A DNA stretch of 64,000 nt from Mytilus trossulus (lineage: Eukaryota). The position numbers were made by a program, and so were the translations under genes. Where the stretch lies: assembly GCF_036588685.1 (NCBI RefSeq), contig NC_086380.1, forward strand, positions 10,277,347 through 10,341,346, given 5' to 3'. Under the pieces are notes generated by a model. That model made no database searches. It saw only the letters and a list, made by a program, of their open reading frames with translations, and was not told where the DNA came from. Below, one piece after another: positions 12,540-24,716 of the stretch; position 1 is the first letter of the stretch, and the number at the start of each line of letters is the position of its first letter.

Positions 12540-14200
12540 GAGATTCAAACTAAAATATTTGACAAACATTATGATGTCAGCTTTACAAATGTCCACTACA
12601 CATTTCCTACTATACCATACATCTTTCACCATCGTATGGCATGTATATATATCAGTCCAGTCGTAGATAATCCCATACATACTTTATTTTTATAATTGAT
12701 ATTAAAAGAACATTGGTATTAAAGAGGTGAATTCTTCAAGTTTAATTGAAATAAACATGTAACAGTGTGCAAAGTGATATTTAAGAAAAAAAACGGACAA
12801 AATTCAGTGGAAATCAGCTCTGATTATTTCTACCCTAGAAAAGCATCAACAATTGTGTTTAATAATATATCATAGTATCTTTGAGGTATAGTGATAAAAG
12901 CTACTGACAGCCAATGACGATTATTGAAATCAAACAATATATTTCTTTGCTTTTGTTGAAATTCAAATGATTATATAGCATGGAGTAGAGCTTTGTCAAA
13001 TGATGTTATGGAGAATATTTTTTGTTCAACTAAAAACTACCTTAAAATACTTAAAACATTAGCTCTTGTACGCAATGTGTTTTCCTACTTCTAAATGTTC
13101 AGCATTACAACGCCATTGTTTAGTTTATGACAGAGTAAACTTTGCAGTAAATCTGGGGAAAAAAAACCCATTTGTTCGCATTTTTTACAGGTGAAAAAGA
13201 AAGATAAAATTGTGCTTAATGAAATGTCTTTCCAATTCATATGCTTGATTAAGTGTTGATGCGTAAAATGAAGCTGTGAAAAATATCATTTTGATTGGAT
13301 AATAATTTCAAATCTGTGTGTCCATCGATAATGTCGTAGACACTCATCTACAATATATATGCTTCTTTGAAACAATGTTAAAAAACTGAAATGCAGATTC
13401 AAACTAAAATATTATACAAACATGATGATGTACGCTTTACAAATGTCCACTACACATTTCCTACTATACCATACATGTATCTCCATCGTATGGCATGTAT
13501 ATATCTCATTCAAGTCGTAGATAGTCCCATACAGACTTTTTTTTTATAGTTATGATTAAAAGAAACCATAGTAAGAGGTGAATTCTTCAAGTTTTATTCA
13601 AATAAACATGTAACAGTATGCAAAGTGATATTGTAAGTAAAAACGGACAAAATTCAACGGAAATGAGCTCTGAATATTTTTACCTTAGATTAGCATCAAC
13701 AATTGTGTTTAATAGTATATCATAGTTTTCCCTTTCTTTGAAAAATAAGGATCAAAGCTACTGACACCCAATGACATTTATTGAAATCAAACAATATATT
13801 TCTATTGCCTTTGTCGAAATTCAAATGATTTCAGGGCATGGAGTAGAGCTTTGTCAAATGATGTTATGGAGAATATGTCTTGTTGAATTAAAAACTACGT
13901 TAAAATACTTTAAACATTTGCTCTTGTATTCAGTATTACAACGCCATTGTTTAGTTTATGACAGAGCAAACTTTGCAGTAAATCTGAGAAAGGTGAAAAA
14001 GAAACATAAAATTGTGCTTAATTAACTGTCTTTCGAATTTATATGCTTGATTAAGTGTTGTTGCGTAAAATGAAACTGTTAAAATATCATTTTGGTTGGA
14101 TAATAATTTCAGATCTGTGTGTCTTTCGATAATGTCGTAAACACTCATCTACAGTATATTTGCTTCTTTGAAACAATGTTAAAAAGCTGAAATCAAGTTC
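12540..14200. repeat. Tandem duplication of an ~860-bp segment (copy 1 12540-13398, copy 2 13399-14200; ~88% identity) in the intron upstream of HSPA12-like exon 4
   Basis: Each copy starts gattcaaactaaaatat...caaacat.atgatgt...ctttacaaatgtccactacacatttcctactataccatacat. Each ends tcatctaca.tatat.tgcttctttgaaacaatgttaaaaa.ctgaaat. Copy 2 lacks a ~35-bp stretch present in copy 1. Confidence 0.8.
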
Positions 14201-14262
14201 TTGTAAAATGATATCAATGTGTACATATATTCAAGTGAGATTCTTAACCTCAAACATTTCAG

Positions 14263-15311
14263 GCGGCACAGCTGACATAACAGTCCATGAAAAAATCAAT
14301 AATGGAAGACTTAAAGAGATATATTTTGCATCCGGTGGTAGTTGTGGGGGAACGTCAGTTGATGCTGAGTTTTTCAATTTGATGGAGAAAATCACCAATC
14401 CAGCAATAATGAATGCATTAAAAGGAGAACATCTTGCAAGTTACCTTGATCTAGCAAGAGAGTTTGAAAATAAAAAGAGATCAGTTAAACCTAATACCAC
14501 TGGGCGAATAAATATGAAAATACCAATTGCATTGAATCTTGTTTGTAAGGAATATGTGGGCCAAACTTTAAAATCCGTAATAGATTCTTCAGAATTTTCA
14601 TCAAAAGTGTCACTGAAAGGAGACAAAATAAGATTTGAATTTAGTCTTTTTAAATCTTTATTTCAGTCAAGAATTGATTCTCTGATTAAACTTATGTTAG
14701 ACATTCTTTCCGAGAAATGTTGCGATGGAATAACTCAAATCATTTTGGTCGGAGGTTTTTCACAATGCATGCTTGTTCAAAAGGCAGTAAAAGATACCTT
14801 TCCCAAACTTCCAGTTATCGTGCCAAAGAACTGTGATTTAGCCGTTATGCAAGGCGCAGTAATGTTTGGTCACCAACCAAGTATCATAGCTCACAGAATA
14901 TCTAGGTGCACATATGGGTTTAGGAAGAAAAAACCATTTGACCCTGCAATTCATGATCAGAGTCACCTTGAAATAGTAAATGGCGAAGCCAAGTGTATCC
15001 GTCTATTCGATGCATTTCTTAAGCGTAAGGAACCCATTCAACCAGGCAAAATTTTTAAGACAACGGCTATAAGTCGACCAAGCGAAGGCGGAGAATTCAA
15101 ATTGTATATTTTCAAAACAGAAAAAGAAAACCCCATGTATACGGACGAAGAAGGGTGTTCCGAATTAGGAGTAATCAAAGTTAAAAAACCAAATCCAACG
15201 ATTACTGAAAAAATAAAAGTACATGTGGTTTTAGGGGAAACAGAAATACAAGTAAACATTTCCGGAACTGAACTGGGCAAGAAACACAGAGTTACGATTG
15301 AAATGATATAA
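14263..15311 (+). CDS. HSPA12-like terminal coding exon 4 (to TAA stop)
   Basis: A 'aacatttcag|GC' acceptor completes the glycine codon split from exon 3, giving DLGGGTADITV, the HSP70 connect/adenosine motif. The exon encodes 349 codons to the stop at 15309-15311, including ILVGGFSQCMLVQKAV and CTYGF. The six-frame ORF 14208..15311 over-extends 5' into the intron. Confidence 0.9.
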
Positions 15312-15739
15312 CACATAGAATCAGTCGTTTGAATTAAATCTTCTTTCATTTGATTACTTTTTAACTTAATTATTTGTGTTTTTGACGAAAATATTTATAT
15401 TCTGGTTTATTTTAGATTCGACAGAATTTCATTGAAATCTTTATTCATACGTATACATACTTGTGATTAGCTTAAATCAATCATATTTATATCACTATTA
15501 AAACTGGTCATTTCAAAACAAGAAGAGTCTCAAATATCAATACAATAATCATAAATTGATAACGGAAAGTGTGAACTATTTCCGGAAACGTTGTCTTCCC
15601 AAACAAGGTAGATAATACATTTAGATAAATAAGAATTTCATTTTTACTTATTTTTTTACGATAAAAATGAAATATTTATGATACAGTTTAGATGAATTGT
15701 AATTCATTTAATGACTGGCTATCATCTATTTTGAATTTT

Positions 15740-15836
15740 TTGAACCATAAAACTAATTTTTGACTCTTCACATTGAATAATCCGCGAAGCGGGTTATGTA
15801 AAATGTGAAGAGTCAAAAATTAGTTTTATGGTTCAA
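15740..15836. repeat. Near-perfect 97-bp palindrome (35-bp perfect arms plus sub-palindromic centre), 430 bp downstream of the HSPA12-like stop codon
   Basis: ttgaaccataaaactaatttttgactcttcacatt (15740-15774) is the exact reverse complement of 15802-15836. The centre 'taatccgcgaagcgggtta' is itself palindromic. AATAAA at 15835-15840 overlaps the right arm end. Confidence 0.75.
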
Positions 15837-17569
15837 TAAAATCAAAATATATTATTGCCATTCATTATGAATAAATTTCTAAAAAAAAAAGGCTCAAAGA
15901 ACTGTTTATATAATTTGAATTAACAAAAACAACGTACAAACATGTTGGCGTATGAATACTCAATGTAATAGTGGGCGTGTCGCCATCAAAATTGAAAATA
16001 AAACTAATAATTTTAACCAACCAGAAGACAGTAAATACACCAAATTTATTTATTATTGATTAACAGAGAGAAACCCTGTATTTCTTGTAAAGACAATTTG
16101 ACCCCTCTCTAGAATGCTTGACTAATGCAGTAAATTGTTAACAGCATGCAATAGATTGAGTTTTTGAGCAAATAATTTTATAAAAGAGGCGAAAGATACT
16201 AAAGGAATGTTCAAACTCATAATTCATAAACATACTGTCAATGTTATGGCCTAGTGCGAAATAAACCAACACACAATCAATAGTACACAAAACACAGCAA
16301 AGAATACTGAGCCACATGAACCCCACCAAAATCTTTGGGTGATCTCAAGTGCTCCGTAAGAGTACGCTAAATGTGGCATCCGTTGTGTTGCTTGCTATTA
16401 AAATTCACGTCATTTGAGAATGTAAACAAACTATTTCATTCGAGTAAGTTAAGTATAAGACCGAATTGACACAATATTATAAAACCTCAGTTCTTTTGAA
16501 AAATATTTTATTTCAACAATATTTAGATAAAACGTATTGAATGTCTTTTTAATCAGAATAAAATCATCAAAGAAACTAGTCTTAAAAATAAATACGCCAT
16601 AGGAAGACGTGCGTAACGTCTAAAAACGATCCATGATTAATTGAATAGAATTTAAAAAATCAAAGTAAAGAAAGAACGAAACAAGCTTACTCGATCTTCA
16701 ATACGTTAGTACTAAAAAGGTAAAAATCATCATCATTATAGTAAGCTTTGAATTTTTTGAATCGGAAACATAAATCAAGGTAAATTAAGATATCACAGAA
16801 CATAAATCAACTAGGAAAAGACATGTACTTTGTAAATAAACCAGAAAAAACAAATAAAGAGAAATATTCCATAATACAGTCCTCAGAAAAAAATACTTCA
16901 AGTATTGTATATCCTCCGTTGGACTGATGACATAAGGAGAGACATAAAATACAAAAATACATAAGAGCCACTCTCTTACACCGTAGATGAATTATTACAG
17001 AGAAAAAAAAAATAAAGAAACATTTTTAAAGAGTTATGAAAAACGAAATGTGGACGGAATGATATTTGACACAAATGAACAGGTCGGTTTTCACAATAAA
17101 TCTCGCCCTTCCAATGCGCTATTCTGGTATTAGTTTTTTATAAGCACTCAAACCAGCCCGAACATTTGAAAGCTAAGAATTTGAAGGCTCGGAAAAGCTG
17201 AACATCTCAAAGAGACATTGTAAAACAGCATAAGTTTACCGTTGCTAAATTGTATTTGAATCTTAGTTGTTGTTTTTTTTTAAATATTTCAGGATATTTG
17301 AATATCATATGTAAAGAGGGATATGAGTTCTTTTTGTTATTGAAACCATAAAGGCCAGTAACTGTATTATTTTTATTCGTCATAATTTCCAGTGACATTT
17401 CTACTATTTTAATCTGGAATGTATGTGTCTTTCATCTGTATTAGATACTCAGCATTGTTTGTCTATAAAAGTACGTTTTCATTTCCAACGTACATGTTCG
17501 GTATAGTATTCTGGTTTGAATGATATAAATTTTACAATGAGTATGTACTTTTTCATTAGAAATTTTAAA

Positions 17570-17930
17570 TGAAGGCAACAGTAGTATACCGCTGTTCGAA
17601 ATTCATAAATCGATTGAGAGAAAACAAAATCGGGTCACAAACGAAAACTCAGGGAAACACGTCATTAATTAGAGGAAAATAACGAAACCACAGAAAAACA
17701 AACGACAATGTATAACACGCAGAAACAAATTATAAGATAACCATTGCCAGTTTCCTGACATTTTAAGAACAAGAAGGTAGTTGAACTTAGTTTTGTAGCT
17801 AGCCAAACCTCCCGCTTTTATGTTAAATATAACACTAAAATAACAACATTACATGACAGAACTGAAATACAAATAAATGGAAAAACCTTCAGGACAGAGA
17901 AAGACATAAACAAACAATACAGTAGAACAT
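17570..17930 (+). repeat. Family B copy
   Basis: The sequence gaaggcaacagtagtataccgctgttcgaaattcataaatcgat...cctgacattttaagaacaagaaggtagttgaacttagttttgtagctagccaaacctcccgc places it in family B. Confidence 0.5.
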
Positions 17931-18435
17931 TACGTCAACCTACATACACTATGCCGGATGCAGTTTAATCCCAAGCTTCTTAATAATTTGTATATTTATA
18001 AACAAGTAATTTGAGAAAGATTTGTATAAATCATGTCTAAACCAATGTACCGCCTACTGAGCTGATACTAACTTCAGATGCTGATAGACCACCTGCAATG
18101 TCGACCTAATGATTAAAAAAAAAAAAGAATTAAGTAGTCAATATAAGCATAAATACAGTAGAACATGTTTGTATATTCATCTTGAATTTTATATATAAGC
18201 AGTGAACGTAATTGTTTATAACTCATTGGTCGATATGTTATGTAGCAAAATGTGGTATATCAGAATGCAATAGCAATTAAGTAGTTCTTTATTTGGTGAT
18301 AATATCTAAACACTACTGATCGTCACAAATTTTCAAAAGTAAACTGACCAAAAAATAGTAGAAATCCGTTCTGGCGTTAGCACTAGTGTGTCTTCCTTCA
18401 ATAAATCTTTAAAACCAAAGATCCCTATTTCATAT

Positions 18436-18482
18436 GAGCGTCACTGATGATCTTAATTAGACGAAGCACGCGTCTGGCGTAC
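18436..18482 (+). ncRNA. Degenerate hammerhead ribozyme motif (upstream partner of the dimer)
   Basis: gagcgtca-CUGAUGA-ucuuaauuagac-GAAGC-ACGCGUC|uggcguac. G10.1 is lost and the GAAA box is mutated to GAAG, so it is probably catalytically impaired. Confidence 0.5.
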
Positions 18483-18810
18483 TAAATTATAATCCTGGTA
18501 CATTTGATAACTATTTGCACAACTGGATCAATGCCACAGCTGGTGGACGTTTCGTCTCCAAGGTTAACGCCAGCCCAGAAGTCAATACTTCGGTGTTGAC
18601 ATGAATATCAATAATGTGGTCATTTTATAAATTTTGTTTTTACAAAACTTTGAATTTTTCTAGATACTAAGGATTTTCTTATTTTGCCGTATTTGGCACA
18701 ACTTCTTGGAATTTGGATTATAAATGCTTTTCAACTTTGTACTTGTTTGGATTTATAAATTTTTTGATATGAGCGTCACTGATGAGTCTTATGTAGACGA
18801 AACGCGCGTC
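18475..18810 (+). mobile_element. Retrozyme-like unit (~336 nt) delimited by two hammerhead cleavage sites (head-to-tail HHR dimer 18436-18818)
   Basis: Two HHR copies lie in direct orientation 336 nt apart with a homologous intervening sequence. The unit is also found at 63556-63859. This size and arrangement match small non-autonomous circRNA-forming retrozymes reported in metazoans. Confidence 0.6.
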
Positions 18811-18818
18811 TTGCGTAC
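18771..18818 (+). ncRNA. Type-I hammerhead ribozyme motif (apparently intact core)
   Basis: gagcgtca-CUGAUGA-GUC uuaugua GAC-GAAA-CGCGCGUC|uggcguac. All invariant positions are present (C3 U4 G5 A6 N7 G8 A9; G12 A13 A14 A15.1; U16.1-H17 as GUC). Helix II is a 3-bp GUC/GAC with G10.1-C11.1. Helix III is the palindrome ACGCGCGU, as in dimer-acting Penelope-like-element (PLE)/retrozyme HHRs. Helix I pairs GAGCGUCA with UUGCGUAC. The predicted cleavage site is after C18810. Confidence 0.7.
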
Positions 18819-21800
18819 TAAATTATAATCCTGGTTCCTTTGATAACTATTAAGTTGCACTTATCCTCTTTGGAATTTTATTGAAACCATTATAATTTGG
18901 TTGGCATTGTGTAAGACATTCGTCATTATTAAAACCAATGTCATTTCAACTGATCGGACGGAGCTTGCGTTTCATTTACATAAAGACAGCCTATTGAAAG
19001 TTGTGTGTGATAAGGATGATGGCCTCTATAATTATAATTGATTTTTAATCACCTATCAGTGTCACAAAACGGATAATCACATACTGAGTGTATGATATTG
19101 GATGAATAACTGGATATTTCATTGACGAGTTTATCACGACACACCTGTCTGTGGTTGGGCAGGTATTAAATAAGCGATCCAGTTAACCTCGACCAGTTAA
19201 GTGAAATAAATCAAATAATACAACAGATAATTTGAGTAAAGTAATAGGTAGATAAAATAATGATTTCATTTATTTGATGGAACAATATTGCCAATCAGAT
19301 TTTGGTTTAACGTGCCAGACTTTTTAAAAATTATCAGTCAATTTGGAGAAAAAAAGTGAAACATGACCGAAACAAAACACCCACCTAACTTTCCTTTTTT
19401 AGTTAGAAATTTGAAATGATTTGTTCGTATGTGTCTGATAATTCAAGAAATCTCTGGATAACATTTGGTTAGAATGATAGCAAATTACATAGTACTATAT
19501 CTTGAAAAACAACAACAGGAAAACGAAACGGACATATATTTGCGCATTATTATACAGTTTGATGTACTCTTGGTGTACTCTGATGTTCTTCCTAACTTAT
19601 GTTTACTGTCCAAGGGGCAGTAACTCTACATCTTAATAATAGATTGTGGAATACATAGTATATTATACTTCTTCAAAGGTTTTTTGTATATTCTCTTTAA
19701 AGAACATAATTATTTTGTAAATGATTATAACTTAAGAAATTTTCGCCCAAAATTGTATTTTCGTTCTTCTGAATCATTTTGTAACTAGTGATTATTTCTA
19801 AACAGTTTATGAAAACACAACAAAGATATTTTGCACGAGGTTCAAAATATGATTCTTTTTACTGCATCATTTTTTTCTTAAATATAGCAATGGACGAATT
19901 TGAACAAAAGTGCCGCATCGAAGGTGAGTCTCACCAATGGGCCAGTTATAGAAAACAAACGTTCATTCACAAATATATCATTTAAAGAAGGACCCAAATG
20001 CATCATCTTTGTTTTATTAATCATCTCAATACTGAAACGTTTACTTTCCTAGCCTTTGTTCTGATTTAAGCAAACATCTTCACATATATACAATCATTTT
20101 GGTTTTTGTTTATAAACTTGCAGTCTTGGTTTTTTTTTAAATTTGGAAATAAAATAAGGACAGCAACACTGAAGTAGTTGTCTTTAATTTATTTCAACTA
20201 ATTATAAGCATCTTTGTTTTTTTCATATCCATTCAATTTTAAATATCTGAACATTTTATATATGTACGTGAAATTCCACCGTTCTTCTGAATATGCGAAG
20301 CAAATTTTCAAATTATTTAAACTGATCAATTGATATTGCATGTAACGCTAAGTATCTATAATATCTTAATACCGAATTAAATTAAGATCTAGTTTATAGT
20401 CTGATTCATTAGAATGATGACAATGTCTATCCCGTTTTAGTGTTTTAATTGTCCTGGGCTTTGTTGGTATTAAACAAATGTTAACTTCTATTCCCACGTT
20501 ACCGTTGTACATTGGAAAGCAATAAAGAATGGCTTATCGCTGTCATGACATTTACTACGATTCGCCGTTTACATTGACTTAAATATATTATTGACACTCC
20601 ATCCTGTAGCATACTGTTGCAAATCTCTTCCTGGAAGTTTTCTCAAGACAAGTATCTTATGTACCTTTAATCGGTTAAATGAATTGATTTGCTAGTTTGA
20701 AAGTTAGATTGATTTTTGTACGTTTTAATGTTTAACGGAGGTTTGCTACTCAGTTTACAAAACATACAAGTTTTCCATAACACTAGTATATATTGATATA
20801 AGATTAATAAAGGAACAAAACAAAACAAAATATATAGGTCAATGTGCTTGTTTTCGAGATAATAGCCATTGAAATTTTGGCATGAAATTGTACTCTCTTG
20901 ATTTTTCATAGCTTTATCATTGACAAGTTCTCAAAAACTATAAAAAAAAAATTACAAGGATTTTATAAAACTGTTACAGATGACTTATAAGTATACATGT
21001 AAAAGAATTATAAAAAGAAAAATGGGGGTCAATGTGCAAATGTTTTAAGGCATTCAAATGGGTAAACCAGAGGATTCTGAATATCTAACAAAAATTCAAA
21101 ACAATGACACGCGAACATCCTTAATGCTTGAAATGCTCATTAACATGTTTTATTTCTTCTAACTTATCGTATGTACTATCTTACTTAAGAAGCATGTAAC
21201 TTTGATTTTCATCAGTGCTCATTTTTTGTATTTGAAATAAATAAACGTTCGTTGTTTTTGCGTATAATTTGATAACTATTTATCATTCAGGACCTTATTT
21301 AATTCCTCAACGGTATGTGTGAATTATTGAAGCCATATGATGAGCTATATTAGAAAATTATAATATAGTTTTTGTTAAGGTGGAAAGTTTCTTTGATTGA
21401 CATCCTTATTTCTAAACTCAAATGTTCTCAATCGTTAAATTCATAATAAAGTTCAGTTTCCTTTCAGTCTTATGATTTTGTTTTTTAAATTACATGGCGA
21501 GGCACGATGTATACCATAAAATACTTACTGCACATTTGTTGATGATTCATTCTTAAAACAATTTAAGTTATTTTCTCAATGAAACATACATTTCTTGTTG
21601 TACTTGAAATATATAATTATTTATATCGTGCATTCCAATTATATCATACATCATACAAAAGATATAAAAGATCCACATATACATTTGTATAATTTGTTTT
21701 TCTCATCAGTTCTACATTATAACGTATTAGTTCTTTCGGTCAGTTATATTTGTCAGTACACTCTGTCGTTTATTCTTTATTTCCAGATTAACATTGGTAC

Positions 21801-22434
21801 TTAATTACAAACACCCTTTAATTCATGTGACATTTACATATGTTGGTCGATCGTGTAAATAAAATCATGACAGCCGATTATGCATCTATTGAAAATCTAT
21901 GTAAGTATTTTGAAAACTGATGTCACATTTTCATTAAAAAAATAAAAATAATCAATTATACGCTAGAGTTTACTTTCATAACGGTTATGTGCTAACGGGA
22001 ACCAGTTTCGAGTCGCCTTAGTCTGTATACAACTTTCCAATAGAAATATATTCAAAAGGTGCGTTCTGTAAAAGTGTCATAGATACAGCATTTGTAAAAG
22101 ATGAACTTAACATCAGGTACAGAAATATCGAGTCAATTAAGGTCTCGACGGCAGTCAATTATACTTTCCTAATTCATTGAAATGAACATAGATGTCAGTT
22201 TACAATACCAATTCATTATTTACGCATTGCACTAAGCTGTATTTGCAATTGCCGTCAATACATGATGTGAGTATAATCTTACATCGGTTGGTTTATTCTT
22301 TTAAAATCAATATTACGACGAACTTTAAGATTGTAGTTTAAACTAATGTTTTTGTTTCTAGTGTGTAAAGAATGAAAGTGAATATATCTCAACAGTACTA
22401 CAAACATCAAGCAATAAACGACATCTTCATATCA

Positions 22435-22575
22435 AATAATATAGATATAGGAAGATGTGGTGTGAGTGCCAATGAGTCAACTCTCCATCCAAATAACAAT
22501 TTAAAAAAAAAACATTATAGGTCAATGTACGGTCTTCAACACGGAGCCTCGGCTGCACTTTTGTACCTTGCCGTT
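22435..22575. repeat. Family D MITE partial copy (left end only)
   Basis: It reads gatataggaagatgtggtgtgagtgccaatgagtcaactctccatccaaataacaattt...caacacggagcctcggctg. The six-frame ORF 22372..22608 is a translation of this repeat. Another left-end fragment lies at 11495-11560. Confidence 0.5.
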
Positions 22576-24534
22576 GTCCTGTCGAGTGTTAGACCTGAGC
22601 AAAGATAGATGCGGTTTCGACCAGTTTAAATTTCTTTCACAAATAACAAAACATTTCAATCTAATTCTACTCAAACTAATGTGTTGTTAATAAAGACAAA
22701 ACTGAAATGATCACTCCTGGCATAAGCTGAAATAGAAGTCACTTGCATCAAAACTGGTTCCTACTGGTTTCGTCAATATGTACACTAGGAACACTAGAAA
22801 TAATGCTGGAAAGACAACAAAAATTCACAAACCGTAAAATGAGGTCCTCTGTTTTGTCATAAAAAAATTGTTCTCCACCGATTCCATTGTCATTTTTAAA
22901 ATATGAAGCAGTGCACAAGACCGTGTAAACAAAAAGTTTCCAATCAATGTGAAACCCAAATGGTGTATAGCATTGAATCTTGGTGCAAAATGAAACATTT
23001 TAGCATGAATTTAAAACACAAAAGAAGAAATTTTAGAAGAAATTGATATATCTATGTAACAAATGCTGTAAGTACCAATAGATTGCTTATTTTACTGTTT
23101 TTCAACTGTGAAGGTTTTGACATTCAATTATCGACATTTTAATAGACAAATTTATGTAGATAAGAAATATCATGATGCCAATACGTTTACCAATAGTGTT
23201 AACATTTCATCTCCTCATCATAATAGAACATTGCGATAGGGTTTCGGTTTTGTCTACATTTGTTTATTGAAGTGTCATCAGGAAGTTTTGTCAATATGTT
23301 TGCATTGATGCAGTCGAGAAGAATGCTAACTTTTAAGACTTCTTTAATTTTCTTGAAGTAATATAAAGTGAGTTTTTCACAGATTCGTTTGTATACGCCC
23401 AGATCGTGTGTATGTAATTGAGATAAAACAATCAGGTACTAAAAAAATCTTGAATGAGGTTCATTCTGTTTCAAGCACATTATGCTAACACATAAATAGT
23501 TGCCTATCTACGATCTAATCCAAAAACCAGTGAGTGTTCAAAGTTAATGTTCGTTATTTGAAATAGAACATTGGTTATGTGATGAGCTGTTGGTAAGATG
23601 TCAAGTAAAAAAGAACTCAAGCGGTCTAAGTAGGACTTCATCAATAAAAAGGGTGCCAGATGGGATCACACTCTTCCAGTAAACTCCCATTTTTGTATTG
23701 TTTGTTTTTTGGCCCTGTATAAAACTCTGTTCAGCTAGATTTTAGCTACCCAGTTTAAACAGCTCTATAACAAACTTATTTTACAAACACATAGTGTAAT
23801 CCATTAGGATCTTCTTTTTCGTCAACAAGATAACTACAACACATCCTTCTTCAATCGAATCATCGGATAACAAATTCAATATTTTTGCTTTATAATCAGT
23901 TTTTTGAGATAGTTATTAATTTTGTTCATTTACCGATCTTTATTACAAACAGCAAAATTCATTGCTCAATTAATTCAAGTATGATGTCGAAAAAGAATAT
24001 TAATATTATTTATTTCAATCAGTAAGATGTAACAGTTGACGGTAGACATGTTTGCTAAAAATTAAATATGTGAGCATATTTTAATTTGCTGTTCTGTAAA
24101 TTCAAAATAGGTATACAGATGAAGTCATATTGACATGAAAGAATCTTTCAAACCGTTAAATATTAGTTAAGGGTTTGAATAAACAATAAAAAAAAATAAT
24201 AATATCGAAATCCAAGGGATATTTGAATTGGAAAGTCGATTATCAAATGCCAAAATGAAAAGCTTGCTTTTATACACATCAATTGAATGGTACGCAAGTA
24301 TAATAATCCTTACCGAAGTTCAGTACTTTTGCTATTTTACTTTTCAGTATATATTTCTAGACTTCAAACATGTATTCTCCATCCCAAATTAAAAGACAAA
24401 TATAAAAAGTTGGTATTGCTTTTTTCATATAAAAAAAAAGTACGGCAAACGTAGATACAAGTATCTTGTCTTAGGGAGGGATAAATACTGCTTTGTAAAG
24501 AATCACTCTGATTCAAAATATCAAAATCTCTGAA

Positions 24535-24716
24535 ACTGACATTATCAAGATGCTTGAATTCTTGATCGACAACATGTTTGTTACGTTTAAGGACGTGCTT
24601 TGCATCAAAGTGTCGGCATTCCAATGGGAACCAATTGTGCATCTCTTCTTGCCGACTTGTTTCTTCATTATTACGAACATTCAGTAACTTCTGAGGAAGA
24701 GAGATAAAAAAAAAAG
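24535..24716 (+). pseudogene. Short frameshifted RT fragment of the same family
   Basis: The plus strand reads MLEFLIDNMFVTFKDVL.. followed by a frameshift into GIPMGTNCASLLADLFLHYYE. Compare MFDFLIDNIFVTF...GIPMGTNCAPLLADLFLYYYE at 39189. Confidence 0.55.

Noticed and set aside
13771-14148. ORFs 13771..14025 (+) and 13951..14148 (-)
   Set aside because: They fall inside the ~860-bp intronic tandem duplication and are AT-rich and low-complexity.
14208-14262. N-terminal extension (MISMCTYIQVRFLTSNISG) of the ORF containing HSPA12-like exon 4
   Set aside because: A strong acceptor (tttcag) sits at 14262, and the upstream residues have no HSP70 similarity. The HSP70 motif DLGGGT is only rebuilt if the exon starts at 14263.
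15038-15349. 103-aa ORF on the minus strand
   Set aside because: It is antisense to the well-supported HSPA12-like exon 4 and has no independent support.
22372-22608. 78-aa ORF (MKVNISQQ...IDIGRCGVSANESTLHPNNN...)
   Set aside because: It is a translation of the family-D MITE left end. The same nucleotide sequence recurs at 26908 and 11497 in non-coding contexts.
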